Origin: a bacterium HR37
GTDB taxonomy: Bacteria; Desulfobacterota_D; UBA1144; Nemesobacterales; CSP1-2
Direction: 5' to 3'
DNA: 64,000 bases
Assembly (NCBI GenBank): GCA_002898375.1
Contig: BEIN01000012.1
Location: 3,922 to 67,921, forward strand
Shown here: positions 18,625 through 28,666 of the stretch, piece by piece
Layout: every line of letters starts with the position of its first letter
How positions within the stretch are numbered: the first letter of the stretch is position 1
The notes under the pieces: model-generated
The model's database searches: none
What the model saw: the letters and a program-made list of their open reading frames with translations, nothing else
What the model was told of the DNA's origin: nothing
Position numbers and translations under genes: made by a program

Positions 18625-20439
18625 ATGAAGAGGTCCATACTGAGTGCATTTCCCGCCGGTGTTATTCCTTCGTTGTTTTTGTTTTTCTTTCTTATTCATT
18701 TACCTGTTGAAGCAAAGGAACCTGATATTCCAGGCTCAGTTTCCCAATTGCAAGGGATAAACAAAATTGAAGGGATTGATTTTGAAGCCAAAGACGGTAT
18801 AGGTATTGTAACCATAAAGACCTCAGCACCTGTAAGTTACAGGGAGCTTCCCAAGGAAAGAAAAAAGATAAGCATTAAGATAGAGAAGACCTTCCTTCCC
18901 GATGAGCTTCAGGTATCTAGGGATGTAAGTGAGTTTGATAGCCCTGTTAACTTTGTCTCTTCTTTTAGAGACCCTGTTGATGAGAGCGATACGGTGGTTT
19001 TGGTTGAGCTTAAAGAAGATGCTCCTGTGAAGTTTGAGCAGAGAGAAAATGTGGTGGTTATAAGGCTTGGTAAAACCAGAGAGGAGAAGCTTGTGGAGGA
19101 GGAAAGGGCAGTGGTTGAGACAAAGGAGCCTTTCTGGGCTTTTGACTTTCGTATCACCACCACCCCGGGTGTAAAGAAGGTGTATCGTGGACAGATTGTT
19201 TCTTTTGATTTTAAGGATGCCGATATAAGGGATGTACTGAGGATACTTGCTGATATAAGCGGTTTTAATATTATAGTTTCCTCCGATGTTAAGGGAACTG
19301 TAACCCTAAAGCTCTCAAATGTCCCCTGGGATCAGGCCCTGGATGTTATACTTGAAAATGCAGGGCTTGGTGCAGTTGTTGAGGGCAACGTTATAAAGAT
19401 TGCTCCACTTAGAACCCTTCAAGCAAGACAGCAGGCAATTCAAGCTGCTGCAAGGTCGAAAGAACAGCTTGAGCCTTTGATTACAAGGCAGGTATTTATA
19501 AACTATGCAAGTGCAGATGAGCTTGTACCTCTTGCAGAACCCTTACTTAGTAACAGGGGAGATATAAAGGTTGATACACGTACAAACAGTTTGCTGGTTA
19601 CCGATACCGAAGCCAGGGTTGCACAGATTGAAGAGCTCTTAAAGAGTCTTGATACCCGAACACCTCAGGTTCTTATTGAATCAAGAATCGTTCAAGCTAC
19701 ACTGGATTTTACCCGCCAACTTGGGGTTCAGTGGGGGTTTAACTACAGAGCGTCTGCTGCTACGGGTAACCCAACCGGTGCTATCTTTCCCTCAAGCATT
19801 GCGGTTGGGGGTGTTGGTGTTGGAAGCCCGGGACCTTTTGGTAACATAGGTCAGAATTTTATAGTTGATCTCCCTGCTGCGGTTGGTCCTGGTTCGGGTG
19901 GAGCACTGGGCATTGTACTTGGGAGTCTTACAGGGGCTTATGACCTTGATATAAGGCTTTCTGCTCTTGAAAATAGGGGAGATGGGAGGGTTCTTTCCTC
20001 TCCTAAGGTTTTAACCCTGGATAACCAGCCTGCCAGGATTGAACAAGGTGTTTCCATACCGTTTCTAAGTGTTTCTGCTGCAGGAACCCAAACCCAGTTT
20101 GTTGACGCAACCTTAAGGCTGGAGGTTACTCCACAGGTAACGCATGACAACAGGGTTCTTATGAACATAAAGGTTACTGACAATGCTCCTGATCCCTCAA
20201 TTGTTGGGGCAAATGGTCAACCCGCTATAAGAAGGAATGAGGCTGAGACGCAGGTTCTTGCAATGGATGGGGAAACCATAGTAATAGGAGGGATATTTAC
20301 AAGAACTTCAACCGAGAACCTATCTGGAATCCCCTGGTTTTCAAGAATCCCACTACTTGGGTGGTTATTCAGAAACACAGAGACCATTGATCAGAGAAGA
20401 GAGCTGTTGGTGTTTATAACGCCGAGAATAGTCAGATAA
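18625..20439 (+). CDS. pilQ: Type IV pilus secretin PilQ
   Basis: Signal peptide, AMIN/N domains and a C-terminal secretin domain (VIGGIFTRTSTENLSGIPWFSRIPLLGWLFR...ELLVFITPRIV). Confidence 0.85.
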   Translation: MKRSILSAFPAGVIPSLFLFFFLIHLPVEAKEPDIPGSVSQLQGINKIEGIDFEAKDGIGIVTIKTSAPVSYRELPKERKKISIKIEKTFLPDELQVSRDVSEFDSPVNFVSSFRDPVDESDTVVLVELKEDAPVKFEQRENVVVIRLGKTREEKLVEEERAVVETKEPFWAFDFRITTTPGVKKVYRGQIVSFDFKDADIRDVLRILADISGFNIIVSSDVKGTVTLKLSNVPWDQALDVILENAGLGAVVEGNVIKIAPLRTLQARQQAIQAAARSKEQLEPLITRQVFINYASADELVPLAEPLLSNRGDIKVDTRTNSLLVTDTEARVAQIEELLKSLDTRTPQVLIESRIVQATLDFTRQLGVQWGFNYRASAATGNPTGAIFPSSIAVGGVGVGSPGPFGNIGQNFIVDLPAAVGPGSGGALGIVLGSLTGAYDLDIRLSALENRGDGRVLSSPKVLTLDNQPARIEQGVSIPFLSVSAAGTQTQFVDATLRLEVTPQVTHDNRVLMNIKVTDNAPDPSIVGANGQPAIRRNEAETQVLAMDGETIVIGGIFTRTSTENLSGIPWFSRIPLLGWLFRNTETIDQRRELLVFITPRIVR

Positions 20440-20454
20440 AAGAAGGAGGAAGAG

Positions 20455-21003
20455 ATGAAAAGAGCCCTTGTAGAGAACACCTTTTTCCCCTTTCTGGTCG
20501 TTTTTGCAATATTACTGGGGTTGAGTTGTGCTGGAGACAATCCCCCATTTGCTCCTTTTGGCTCAACGGTAGAGATCGTTGACCCTCCTGGTGATATTTT
20601 TATCCCAAGGGAAGCCATAACTACGATAAGGGTTCAGGCTATCGTTCGTGATCCTGATGAGCTACCGTTAAACGATGTAAGGGTTGTATGGGAGCTTTCT
20701 TTTGCAGGAAGGAACGATAGAACCATAGACACAGACGGTGACGGTGTTGCTGATGCACGTTCCCTTCAACTTGTAGATCCAGATGCATGTGGCGAGTTAC
20801 GCTGTGACCTTGTGGATATTTCGCTGTGGAAGGAGTTTGGAGCTTTTGTTGATTCACCATTTACAACGCTTTCGGATGAGCGGGGAATTGCAGATGTAAT
20901 CATACTTATAAACGGTGAGTCTGTAGTTGATCCTGCAAGCCTTGAGGTGTCACTTGAGAACGGAGCGGTTGATGTTATCAATTTTGGGGTAAATGTACCC
21001 TAG
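20455..21003 (+). CDS. Hypothetical lipoprotein (Asp-rich)
   Basis: Lipobox LGLSC. No recognisable domain. Confidence 0.4.
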   Translation: MKRALVENTFFPFLVVFAILLGLSCAGDNPPFAPFGSTVEIVDPPGDIFIPREAITTIRVQAIVRDPDELPLNDVRVVWELSFAGRNDRTIDTDGDGVADARSLQLVDPDACGELRCDLVDISLWKEFGAFVDSPFTTLSDERGIADVIILINGESVVDPASLEVSLENGAVDVINFGVNVP

Positions 21004-21041
21004 AGACTGTAACAAAATCTCTTTAAGGGAGGGAATCATCT

Positions 21042-21935
21042 TTGAAGAGAAGAGAAGAATTTAACCGAAATTTATGCCTTTCCTTGCTGGTCTTTTTTGT
21101 GGTTATGGTTTTATCCATGACTTCCTGTGTTGACGATATTGACAGCCAGAGTTCAGAAGACCCTTTTGGAGCTGGGATAATAGGGATAGAGAGTAATCCT
21201 GATAATCTGTTTGGCAATGCCAACGGTACAAGCGAGATTGAGGTAAATACTGAGGTTTTTCCAGATGGTTCGTCTGTGGAGTTTGAGATAACGGGATCAA
21301 GTACAGGAATATCGTCTTCTGCAAAAGTACATGGGCTTCCTACCTTTCTTAGGGGATGTTTGATAGAGTCTGATTCCACTCTTTCAAATGGAGGAAGGGC
21401 TTTTGCTACCTATCTTGCGGGTATAAATATTGCTCCTGGTGCTTTGCTTGCTTCTGAGAACCCCCCGGTTGAGACGGTTAACGTAGCGGTCAGTATAACC
21501 CCGCCCAATGGGGACAGGGAATCTGATTTTGTTTCTGTTGTACTAAATCCTGTAGGGATAATACCCCCTGAGGATACAGAGATTGAGACAAGACCTGCAG
21601 GTGACCCTTTATCCACTTTCATCACCCTTGAGTTTATAACCGTAGGTATTCCACCGGGTACCATTGTAAATTTCTCCCTGAGTAGACCTGATCTTGGGTT
21701 TCTTAACCCTACGTCTGCACCGGTTGTTGGCTCAGAGGAAATGGGTTCAGTAACCACCCAGTATACAACTTTTAACAATACAGGTGGAACCCAGGTTATA
21801 ATTGCCTCACTTGTCCTTCCAAATCCTTTTGATTTCTACCCCTCAAGGTGTCCTGATGTACCAGAGTTGGATCGCAGGGTTGAGGAACAGGTTGTAATTA
21901 CCCAAACCGTTCCCGAACCTACCCCTGCTCCCTAG
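21042..21935 (+). CDS. Hypothetical lipoprotein (Pro/Thr/Gly-rich)
   Basis: Lipobox MTSC and low-complexity Pro/Thr-rich segments. Confidence 0.4.
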   Translation: MKRREEFNRNLCLSLLVFFVVMVLSMTSCVDDIDSQSSEDPFGAGIIGIESNPDNLFGNANGTSEIEVNTEVFPDGSSVEFEITGSSTGISSSAKVHGLPTFLRGCLIESDSTLSNGGRAFATYLAGINIAPGALLASENPPVETVNVAVSITPPNGDRESDFVSVVLNPVGIIPPEDTEIETRPAGDPLSTFITLEFITVGIPPGTIVNFSLSRPDLGFLNPTSAPVVGSEEMGSVTTQYTTFNNTGGTQVIIASLVLPNPFDFYPSRCPDVPELDRRVEEQVVITQTVPEPTPAP

Positions 21936-21950
21936 TATGTTATCTGGCAA

Positions 21951-21991
21951 GAATTACCGGGATGCGTTTTATATCCCGGTAATTCTTTTTA
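21951..21991 (+). terminator. Rho-independent terminator
   Basis: Perfect 12-bp inverted repeat GAATTACCGGGA ... TCCCGGTAATTC with an 11-nt loop, followed by TTTTTA. Confidence 0.5.
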
Positions 21992-22135
21992 TCTTGACTT
22001 GGCTTCTAACCTTTTGTTTAATATTGTATTATAAGTTATGTATTTTTAGAAGTTTTTCTATACCCGAAGGAAGGTGATCCTTTAGGAACTTGTGTTTCGC
22101 TTCTGTCTTTAAAATTAGATTAAGGAGGTTTTAAT

Positions 22136-23575
22136 ATGGTTAAGGAGTATGGATTTTTGGCAGATGGCAAGTGGCTGCAAGGTGAAAGAAAGAGGGAAAT
22201 AAAGAGTCCTTACAATGATGAGGTTGTGGGTGTTATAAACATTCCCAGTCTGGAGCAGGCAAGGGAGGCGATTAATGCCGCTGAGCGTGCATTTGAGAAG
22301 TTTAAAAATGCCCCAAGCTACGAGAGAAGCAGGATTCTTAGAAACATTGTAGATGGAATTGAAAAGAGAAAAGAGGAGTTTGCACGGATTCTTGTCAATG
22401 AGGGAGGAAAGCCAATAAAAACAGCTCGGCTTGAAGTAAATAGAGCTATGGTAACTTTTTCGGTTGCGGCAGAGGAGGCAAACAGATTCTCTGGTGGTGA
22501 GGTAATTCCTATAGATATAGTTCCCGGAAATGAGGAGAGATTTGGTATAGTTAAGCGTTTTCCTCTGGGGATTGTAATGGGTATTTCCCCTTTTAATTTT
22601 CCGCTTAACCTGGTTGCTCATAAGGTAGCACCTGCAATTGCATCTGGGAACGTAATGATTCTAAAGCCTGCATCCCAAACTCCTCTTTCTGCACTTGCAC
22701 TGGGAGAAGTGGTTATGGAAGCAGGGCTTCTTCCGGGTGGATTGAATATACTTCCATTACCCGGCTCAAAAATAGAGCCTGTTATTGAAGACGAGCGTAT
22801 AAAGAAGGTCTCTTTTACCGGAAGTGATGAGATAGGTTGGGATCTTATGAAAAAGTTTCCAAAGAAGAAGGTTACACTTGAGTTGGGTGGAAATGCGGCA
22901 ACTATAATTGATGAGGACCCACCTGATCTGGAATATGCAGTTAGCAGAAGTAGTTGGGGTGCTTTCTATCAGGCCGGGCAGAGTTGCATTTCGGTTCAGA
23001 GAATGTATGTGCACGAAAAGATCTTTGATAAGTTCCTTGATAAGTTTATATCTGCAACCAAAGCTCTTAAGGTAGGGGACCCAAGGCTTGAGGATACGGA
23101 TGTGGGGCCTGTTATAGATGATGATTCTGCAGACAGAATAATGAAGTGGATAGAAGAGGCAATTAACTCGGGGGCAAAGCTCCTTACGGGAGGACAGAGG
23201 GATGGTAGGTTGATCCAGCCAACGGTGTTAACCAATGTTCCTCCCACATGTAAGGTTAGCTGTGATGAGGTCTTCGGTCCTGTGGTTCATGTGGAGAGAT
23301 ATAAGGACTTTGATGAGGTTTTAAGGTGGGTAAACGATTCAAGGTTTGGACTCCAGGCTGGCATCTTTACAAAGGACATGAAGAAGGCATTTAAGGCTTA
23401 TAGTGCACTTGAGGTAGGAGGCGTTATAGTAAACGATGTTCCCAGTTTCAGAGTTGAGAACATGCCCTATGGAGGGGTAAAGGATTCGGGAGTAGGAAGA
23501 GAAGGGATAAGATACGCTATAGAGGAGATGACGGAGTTAAAGCTGATGGTTGTAAACTTGAAGAACTACCTCTAG
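22136..23575 (+). CDS. NAD(P)-dependent aldehyde dehydrogenase
   Basis: ALDH signatures: ELGGNAA (Glu active-site region) and the catalytic-Cys motif GQSCIS. Confidence 0.85.
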   Translation: MVKEYGFLADGKWLQGERKREIKSPYNDEVVGVINIPSLEQAREAINAAERAFEKFKNAPSYERSRILRNIVDGIEKRKEEFARILVNEGGKPIKTARLEVNRAMVTFSVAAEEANRFSGGEVIPIDIVPGNEERFGIVKRFPLGIVMGISPFNFPLNLVAHKVAPAIASGNVMILKPASQTPLSALALGEVVMEAGLLPGGLNILPLPGSKIEPVIEDERIKKVSFTGSDEIGWDLMKKFPKKKVTLELGGNAATIIDEDPPDLEYAVSRSSWGAFYQAGQSCISVQRMYVHEKIFDKFLDKFISATKALKVGDPRLEDTDVGPVIDDDSADRIMKWIEEAINSGAKLLTGGQRDGRLIQPTVLTNVPPTCKVSCDEVFGPVVHVERYKDFDEVLRWVNDSRFGLQAGIFTKDMKKAFKAYSALEVGGVIVNDVPSFRVENMPYGGVKDSGVGREGIRYAIEEMTELKLMVVNLKNYL

Positions 23576-23652
23576 ATTTGTAAGTTGGCCTTTTATCTTG
23601 TCGGTTGGGTATATAAATAAGGAGGGGATGTTGTTTTTATCTGTCTATACAA

Positions 23653-24291
23653 ATGGATAGGGCTACAAAGAAGATAAAATCGCAGGTTAAAAACAAAGAG
23701 CTTGTAGAGATTCGACGAAAGGAGATTGTCAAAGCTGCAGTTGATCTCTTTGTTAAGAAGGGGTTTCATAAAACCACCGTTAGGGAGATTGCCAGAAGAT
23801 TCGGTATGAGCATAGGTACGATCTACGAGTACATAAGAACAAAGGAAGATATACTCTATCTTGTCTGTGATTATATTCACTCAAGTGTGAGTGAGAGGGT
23901 AAAACCATTTTTAACTTTTGATGAAAATGCCAGAGAGGCGCTTAGGCGAGCTATTAACATCTATTTCTCGATAGTTGATGAGATGCAGGATTACATCCTT
24001 TTCCTGTATCAGGAGACCAAATCTCTTGACCGTGAGGCAAGAAAGTATATCTTCAGAGCAGAAGAACATATGACCGAGATATTTGAAAAGATACTATACC
24101 GGGGTATTGAGGATGGAAGCTTTTCTATTTCCAGTGAGGATGTAAAACTTATGGCCCACAATATTATGGTTCTTGGTCAGATGTGGGCTTTCAGGCGCTG
24201 GGTCCTGCAGAAGCACTATAAGATAGACAGATACATAGATATCCAGACAAGGTTTATATTAAAACAGCTTGATTCAAAGTTAAGGGTTTAG
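23653..24291 (+). CDS. TetR/AcrR-family transcriptional regulator
   Basis: N-terminal TetR HTH (AAVDLFVKKGFHKTTVREIARRFGMSIGTIYEY). Confidence 0.8.
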   Translation: MDRATKKIKSQVKNKELVEIRRKEIVKAAVDLFVKKGFHKTTVREIARRFGMSIGTIYEYIRTKEDILYLVCDYIHSSVSERVKPFLTFDENAREALRRAINIYFSIVDEMQDYILFLYQETKSLDREARKYIFRAEEHMTEIFEKILYRGIEDGSFSISSEDVKLMAHNIMVLGQMWAFRRWVLQKHYKIDRYIDIQTRFILKQLDSKLRV

Positions 24292-24404
24292 CTCTTTATA
24301 CTGGGTAATTGACAAGGGGAAGGTGTTTAATATACAATTCTTTGTGAATGAGCGTTCGTTCAGAATAGAAACTCTTAACCGTTTGTGTTTATAAGGGGGA
24401 TTAC

Positions 24405-25559
24405 ATGAGCATTATAGAGCTTACAGAGGAACAGCGTATGGTAAGGGATACTGCTAGGGAGTTTGCAGAAAGCGAGATTAAGCCCGTTGCTGCAAGACTT
24501 GATAAGGAAGGAAGATTCCCTTCAGAAATTGTTAAAAAGCTGGCAGAACTTGGCTTTATGGGGATATTTATCCCCGAGCACTATGGTGGGAGTGGAATGG
24601 ATACCCTGACCTATGTACTTGCTCTCGAGGAGATCTCTAAGGCCTGTGCCTCAACCGGCACCATAATGTCTGTAAACAACTCTCTTGTATGTGATCCCAT
24701 ATATACATTTGGAACTGAAGAACAGAAAAACAAGTATCTAATCCCTTTGGCCAGGGGAGAGTTGCTTGGTTGTTTTTCGTTAAGTGAGCCGGCAGCTGGC
24801 TCAGATGCAGGTAGTATAAGAACCACTGCCGTAAGGGATGGTAATTACTACATTATAAATGGCACAAAGAACTGGGTAACAAATGGACCCGAGGCAGATA
24901 TTATAATTCTTTTTGCTTCAACTGACCTATCAAAGAAGCATCGAGGGATTTCAGCATTTATAGTAGAAAAGGAAACCCCGGGTGTGATAGTGGGGAAGGT
25001 AGAGGATAAGCTCGGCATAAGGGCCTCAAGCACATCCCAGATTATATTTGAAGACTGTAGGGTTCCGGTGGATAACCGGCTCGGTGAAGAAGGTCAAGGA
25101 TTTAAGATAGCGATGCAAACACTGGATGGGGGGAGAATAGGTATCGGTGCTCAGGCAGTTGGTATTGCTCAAGCTGCCTTTGAGGATTCTATTAGATATT
25201 CCAAGCAAAGAGAGTCTTTTGGTCAACCGATTTCGGAGTTTCAGGCCATACAGTTTATGTTAGCCGATATGGCAACTCGTATTGAGGCCTCCAGGCTCCT
25301 TGTATGGCAAGCAGCGGTTATGAAAGATAAGAAGCTAAATCTTACCAAGTACTCCTCAATGGCAAAACTCTATGCCTCAGAAACGGCAATGTGGGTTACA
25401 ACAAAGGCTATACAGATTCACGGTGGATATGGTTATACAACTGATTATCCGGTTGAGAGGTACTTTAGGGATGCCAAGATAACGGAGATTTACGAAGGAA
25501 CCTCTGAGATCCAGAGACTTGTAATTGCAAGGCGGGTTCTAAACGAATACGGTTTTTAG
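24405..25559 (+). CDS. Acyl-CoA dehydrogenase (short/branched-chain type)
   Basis: ACAD signatures throughout, including C-terminal QIHGGYGY and [10 protein letters not shown]. Confidence 0.9.
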   Translation: MSIIELTEEQRMVRDTAREFAESEIKPVAARLDKEGRFPSEIVKKLAELGFMGIFIPEHYGGSGMDTLTYVLALEEISKACASTGTIMSVNNSLVCDPIYTFGTEEQKNKYLIPLARGELLGCFSLSEPAAGSDAGSIRTTAVRDGNYYIINGTKNWVTNGPEADIIILFASTDLSKKHRGISAFIVEKETPGVIVGKVEDKLGIRASSTSQIIFEDCRVPVDNRLGEEGQGFKIAMQTLDGGRIGIGAQAVGIAQAAFEDSIRYSKQRESFGQPISEFQAIQFMLADMATRIEASRLLVWQAAVMKDKKLNLTKYSSMAKLYASETAMWVTTKAIQIHGGYGYTTDYPVERYFRDAKITEIYEGTSEIQRLVIARRVLNEYGF

Positions 25560-25570
25560 GAGGTTTCACA

Positions 25571-27238
25571 ATGTTATTTAACAGGGAAGAGCTTGAGATA
25601 ATAAAGCAGGAGAAAGAGAAGTGGGATAGAGAGTATGAAAGGTTTCCAAAGAGAGATGTAACGTTTACAACCATATCCGGTATGGAGGTTCCTCCACTTG
25701 TTACACCTGCGGATCTGGAGGGATTTAGTTACTTATCTGAACTTGGATTTCCGGGCTCATATCCCTTTACCCGTGGGGTGTATAACACTATGTACAGAGG
25801 CAGGCTCTGGACAATGCGTCAGTTTGCCGGTTTTGGTTCTCCGGAGGATACAAATCGCAGGTTTAAGTTCCTGCTTGAGCAGGGACAGACTGGGCTAAGT
25901 ACTGCGTTTGATATGCCCACACTTATGGGATATGACTGTGATCACCCCAAGGCTACTGGGGAGGTTGGAAAAGAAGGGGTTTCAGTTTCTTCTCTTGCAG
26001 ATATGGAGGTGCTCTTTAGCGGGATAAAACTGGATGAGGTTACCACCTCTATGACAATTAACTGCACAGCAAGTATCGTATTTGCCATGTACCTTGTGGT
26101 TGCAGAGAAGCAGGGTGTAGGTTGGGATAGGTTGGATGGAACCATACAGAACGATATGTTAAAGGAGTTTATAGCTCAGAGAGAGTGGATCTGCCCTCCA
26201 AGGCCATCTGTAAAGATAGTTGTTGATGTAATTGAGTTTTGCACAAAGTATGTTCCTAAATGGCATCCTGTTTCCATATCCGGTTATCATATACGCGAGG
26301 CCGGTTCCACCGCCATTCAGGAACTTGCCTTTACAATAGCTGATGGGATCGGATACGTTGAGGAGTGTATTGAGCGTGGTCTTAATGTTGACGACTTTGC
26401 TCCTCAGCTTTCTTTCTTCTTTAACGTGCATAACGATTTCTTTGAGGAGATTGCAAAGTTCCGTGCTGCACGAAGGATGTGGGCAAGGATCATGAAGGAG
26501 AGATTTGGTGCAAGGAATCCAAGGTCTTGGATGCTAAAAACCCATGCCCAGACAGCAGGTTGTAGCCTTACAGCACAGCAGCCGTTAAACAACATAGTGA
26601 GGGTTGCGATTCAAGCACTGGCCGCTGTTTTGGGTGGTGTACAGTCTCTGCATACAAACTCAATGGATGAAACCCTTGCTCTCCCTACAGAAGAGGCTGT
26701 AAAGGTAGCTCTTAGAACCCAGCAGATTATTGCAGAGGAAAGTGGGGTTGTAAACTCGATAGATCCGCTTGGTGGTAGCTATTTGCTTGAGTTTCTTACG
26801 AATAAGATGGAGAAAGAAGCTCTTGAGTACATAAAAAAGATAGATGAGATAGGGGGTATTATTAAGGCAATTGAGCTTGGATTTCCCCAAAAAGAGATTG
26901 CGGATGCCGCCTATAGGTATCAGCTTGAGCTCGATAGAAAAGAAAGGGTGGTTGTTGGTGTAAACAAATACGTAAGTGATAAGGAGATACCAATCCCTAC
27001 CTTAAAGATTGACGATAGTGTATGTGATAGACAGAAAGAAAGGCTTAAAGAGGTAAGAAGAATGCGAAATAGCAGTGCGGTAAGAAGGTGTCTTCAGGCA
27101 ATTGCTACAGCTGCAAGAAATGGGGAGAATCTGATGCCATACATTATAGAGGCGGTAAAGGAATATGCCACCTTGGGTGAGATTAGCGATGTGTTTAGAG
27201 AGGTTTATGGTGTCTATAGGGATCCGGGTTACTTTTAG
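25571..27238 (+). CDS. Methylmalonyl-CoA mutase-family acyl-CoA mutase, catalytic (large) subunit
   Basis: 555 aa with MCM catalytic TIM-barrel motifs ([33 protein letters not shown]). Confidence 0.85.
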   Translation: MLFNREELEIIKQEKEKWDREYERFPKRDVTFTTISGMEVPPLVTPADLEGFSYLSELGFPGSYPFTRGVYNTMYRGRLWTMRQFAGFGSPEDTNRRFKFLLEQGQTGLSTAFDMPTLMGYDCDHPKATGEVGKEGVSVSSLADMEVLFSGIKLDEVTTSMTINCTASIVFAMYLVVAEKQGVGWDRLDGTIQNDMLKEFIAQREWICPPRPSVKIVVDVIEFCTKYVPKWHPVSISGYHIREAGSTAIQELAFTIADGIGYVEECIERGLNVDDFAPQLSFFFNVHNDFFEEIAKFRAARRMWARIMKERFGARNPRSWMLKTHAQTAGCSLTAQQPLNNIVRVAIQALAAVLGGVQSLHTNSMDETLALPTEEAVKVALRTQQIIAEESGVVNSIDPLGGSYLLEFLTNKMEKEALEYIKKIDEIGGIIKAIELGFPQKEIADAAYRYQLELDRKERVVVGVNKYVSDKEIPIPTLKIDDSVCDRQKERLKEVRRMRNSSAVRRCLQAIATAARNGENLMPYIIEAVKEYATLGEISDVFREVYGVYRDPGYF

Positions 27239-27295
27239 ATTTGACCTCGGTTAACTTACATGGTTAATTAATATGTCCTATAGGAAATAACCAAA

Positions 27296-27706
27296 ATGGC
27301 TGCTGAAAGGAAGATTAGAATCCTTATAGGAAAAGCGGGACTTGATGGGCATGACAGGGGGGCAAAGATAGTGGCCAGAGCCCTTAGAGATGCCGGTTTT
27401 GAGGTTATATATACTGGACTTCATAACACTCCCGAGGTTATAGTTGAGACGGCCATTCAAGAGGATGTAGATGCCATAGGTATTAGCATTCTCTCAGGTG
27501 CTCATAACTACGTGTTTCCGGAGATAATACGCCTTTTAAAAGAAAAGGGTGCTGATGATATAGTGGTATTTGGTGGCGGGATTATACCAAAGGACGATGT
27601 TCCGGGGCTTCTGGAAAAGGGAGTTAAGGCAATATTTGAGCCTGGAACTTCCACGGGAGATATAGTTAAGTGGGTTAGGGAGAACATAAAGCCACGCGGT
27701 CTTTAG
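27296..27706 (+). CDS. Acyl-CoA mutase B12-binding (small) subunit
   Basis: Cobalamin-binding motif [11 protein letters not shown] and a Rossmann-like fold, 136 aa. Confidence 0.85.
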   Translation: MAAERKIRILIGKAGLDGHDRGAKIVARALRDAGFEVIYTGLHNTPEVIVETAIQEDVDAIGISILSGAHNYVFPEIIRLLKEKGADDIVVFGGGIIPKDDVPGLLEKGVKAIFEPGTSTGDIVKWVRENIKPRGL

Positions 27707-28383
27707 TGTCTGTGTGTAGGAGGCATTTAGAGGGTGTTATGGGAGTGAAATGTATTCTTTGTGATAAGAGGAAGCCAAAAAGATATTGTCCTGCAAAAAG
27801 GACGTATATATGTCCTGTGTGTTGTGGAGAGAAAAGGGGTATTGAGATAAACTGTCCTCTAGATTGCCCCTATTTCGTTGAAGGCCAAAAGTACCAGCAG
27901 GAGAAGATAACCAAGCAGAGGGTAAAGAAAGAGGGGTTTGAGCCTTATATTAAACGGGCAGAACTCTATAATAAAAGCCCTGAGATCTTTGCTAGAATAG
28001 AACTTGCAATGGTTAATCTATTTCGTGCCGAGAGTGGATTAACAAACAGGGATGTTGCTGAAGCTCTAGAACTGGTTATAAAAACCTTGGAAACGGAAAA
28101 GAAGGGGATAATATACGATTACAGATCCAATAACAGGGTGGTAAATGAGCTTGTACGACAAATCCTATCTGTTCTGAGGGAGTATAAAGACTCTCCTGAG
28201 CTTAAAAGGGAAAGAATCACGGTTGATTATGCAAGGGATGTGGTAGAAGAGTTTTTAAAAGAAGTCAGGTTTTTTATGGAAGTAGACCCCAATCCGCAAG
28301 GCTACCTTGTTCACGTAGCTCGCTACCATCCTGAAAGGATTGAGGCTTTAAAAGACCATGGGCCCTTAATTATATCAACCTAA
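27706..28383 (+). CDS. Hypothetical protein with N-terminal Cys-rich zinc-ribbon-like region
   Basis: CILCD...CPAKRTYICPVCCGE...CPLDCPY pattern. The likely start is ATG at 27739, which has a GAGGG ribosome-binding site. Confidence 0.4.
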   Translation: MSVCRRHLEGVMGVKCILCDKRKPKRYCPAKRTYICPVCCGEKRGIEINCPLDCPYFVEGQKYQQEKITKQRVKKEGFEPYIKRAELYNKSPEIFARIELAMVNLFRAESGLTNRDVAEALELVIKTLETEKKGIIYDYRSNNRVVNELVRQILSVLREYKDSPELKRERITVDYARDVVEEFLKEVRFFMEVDPNPQGYLVHVARYHPERIEALKDHGPLIIST

Positions 28384-28415
28384 GGCTTTTGGCCTCTGCT
28401 CAATATAGAAATTCC

Positions 28416-28595
28416 CTATTTTTTGTTACCACCTGATAAGGAGATCCCTACTATAAATGCAATTGCTAAGACAATGCCTGTTATTTTAAAGTACATGCTC
28501 CAGTTTATATGAACTCCAAGATAAAAGAAGTATCCAATTATTGTGAACAGGATAAGACACACTATTATGCTTCCAACTATGTTAGTTTTTAGCAT
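28416..28595 (-). CDS. Small hydrophobic membrane protein (59 aa), not in ORF track
   Basis: ATG preceded by AGGAGGAGAAG. Translation MLKTNIVGSIIVCLILFTIIGYFFYLGVHINWSMYFKITGIVLAIAFIVGISLSGGNKK has two predicted TM helices. Confidence 0.3.
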   Translation of the reverse strand: MLKTNIVGSIIVCLILFTIIGYFFYLGVHINWSMYFKITGIVLAIAFIVGISLSGGNKK

Positions 28596-28666
28596 CTTCT
28601 CCTCCTAGCTTGGTAATTACGGCTAGAGATCCTAGCTTACAAAAAGCATCTAAATTTTAACCTGAT

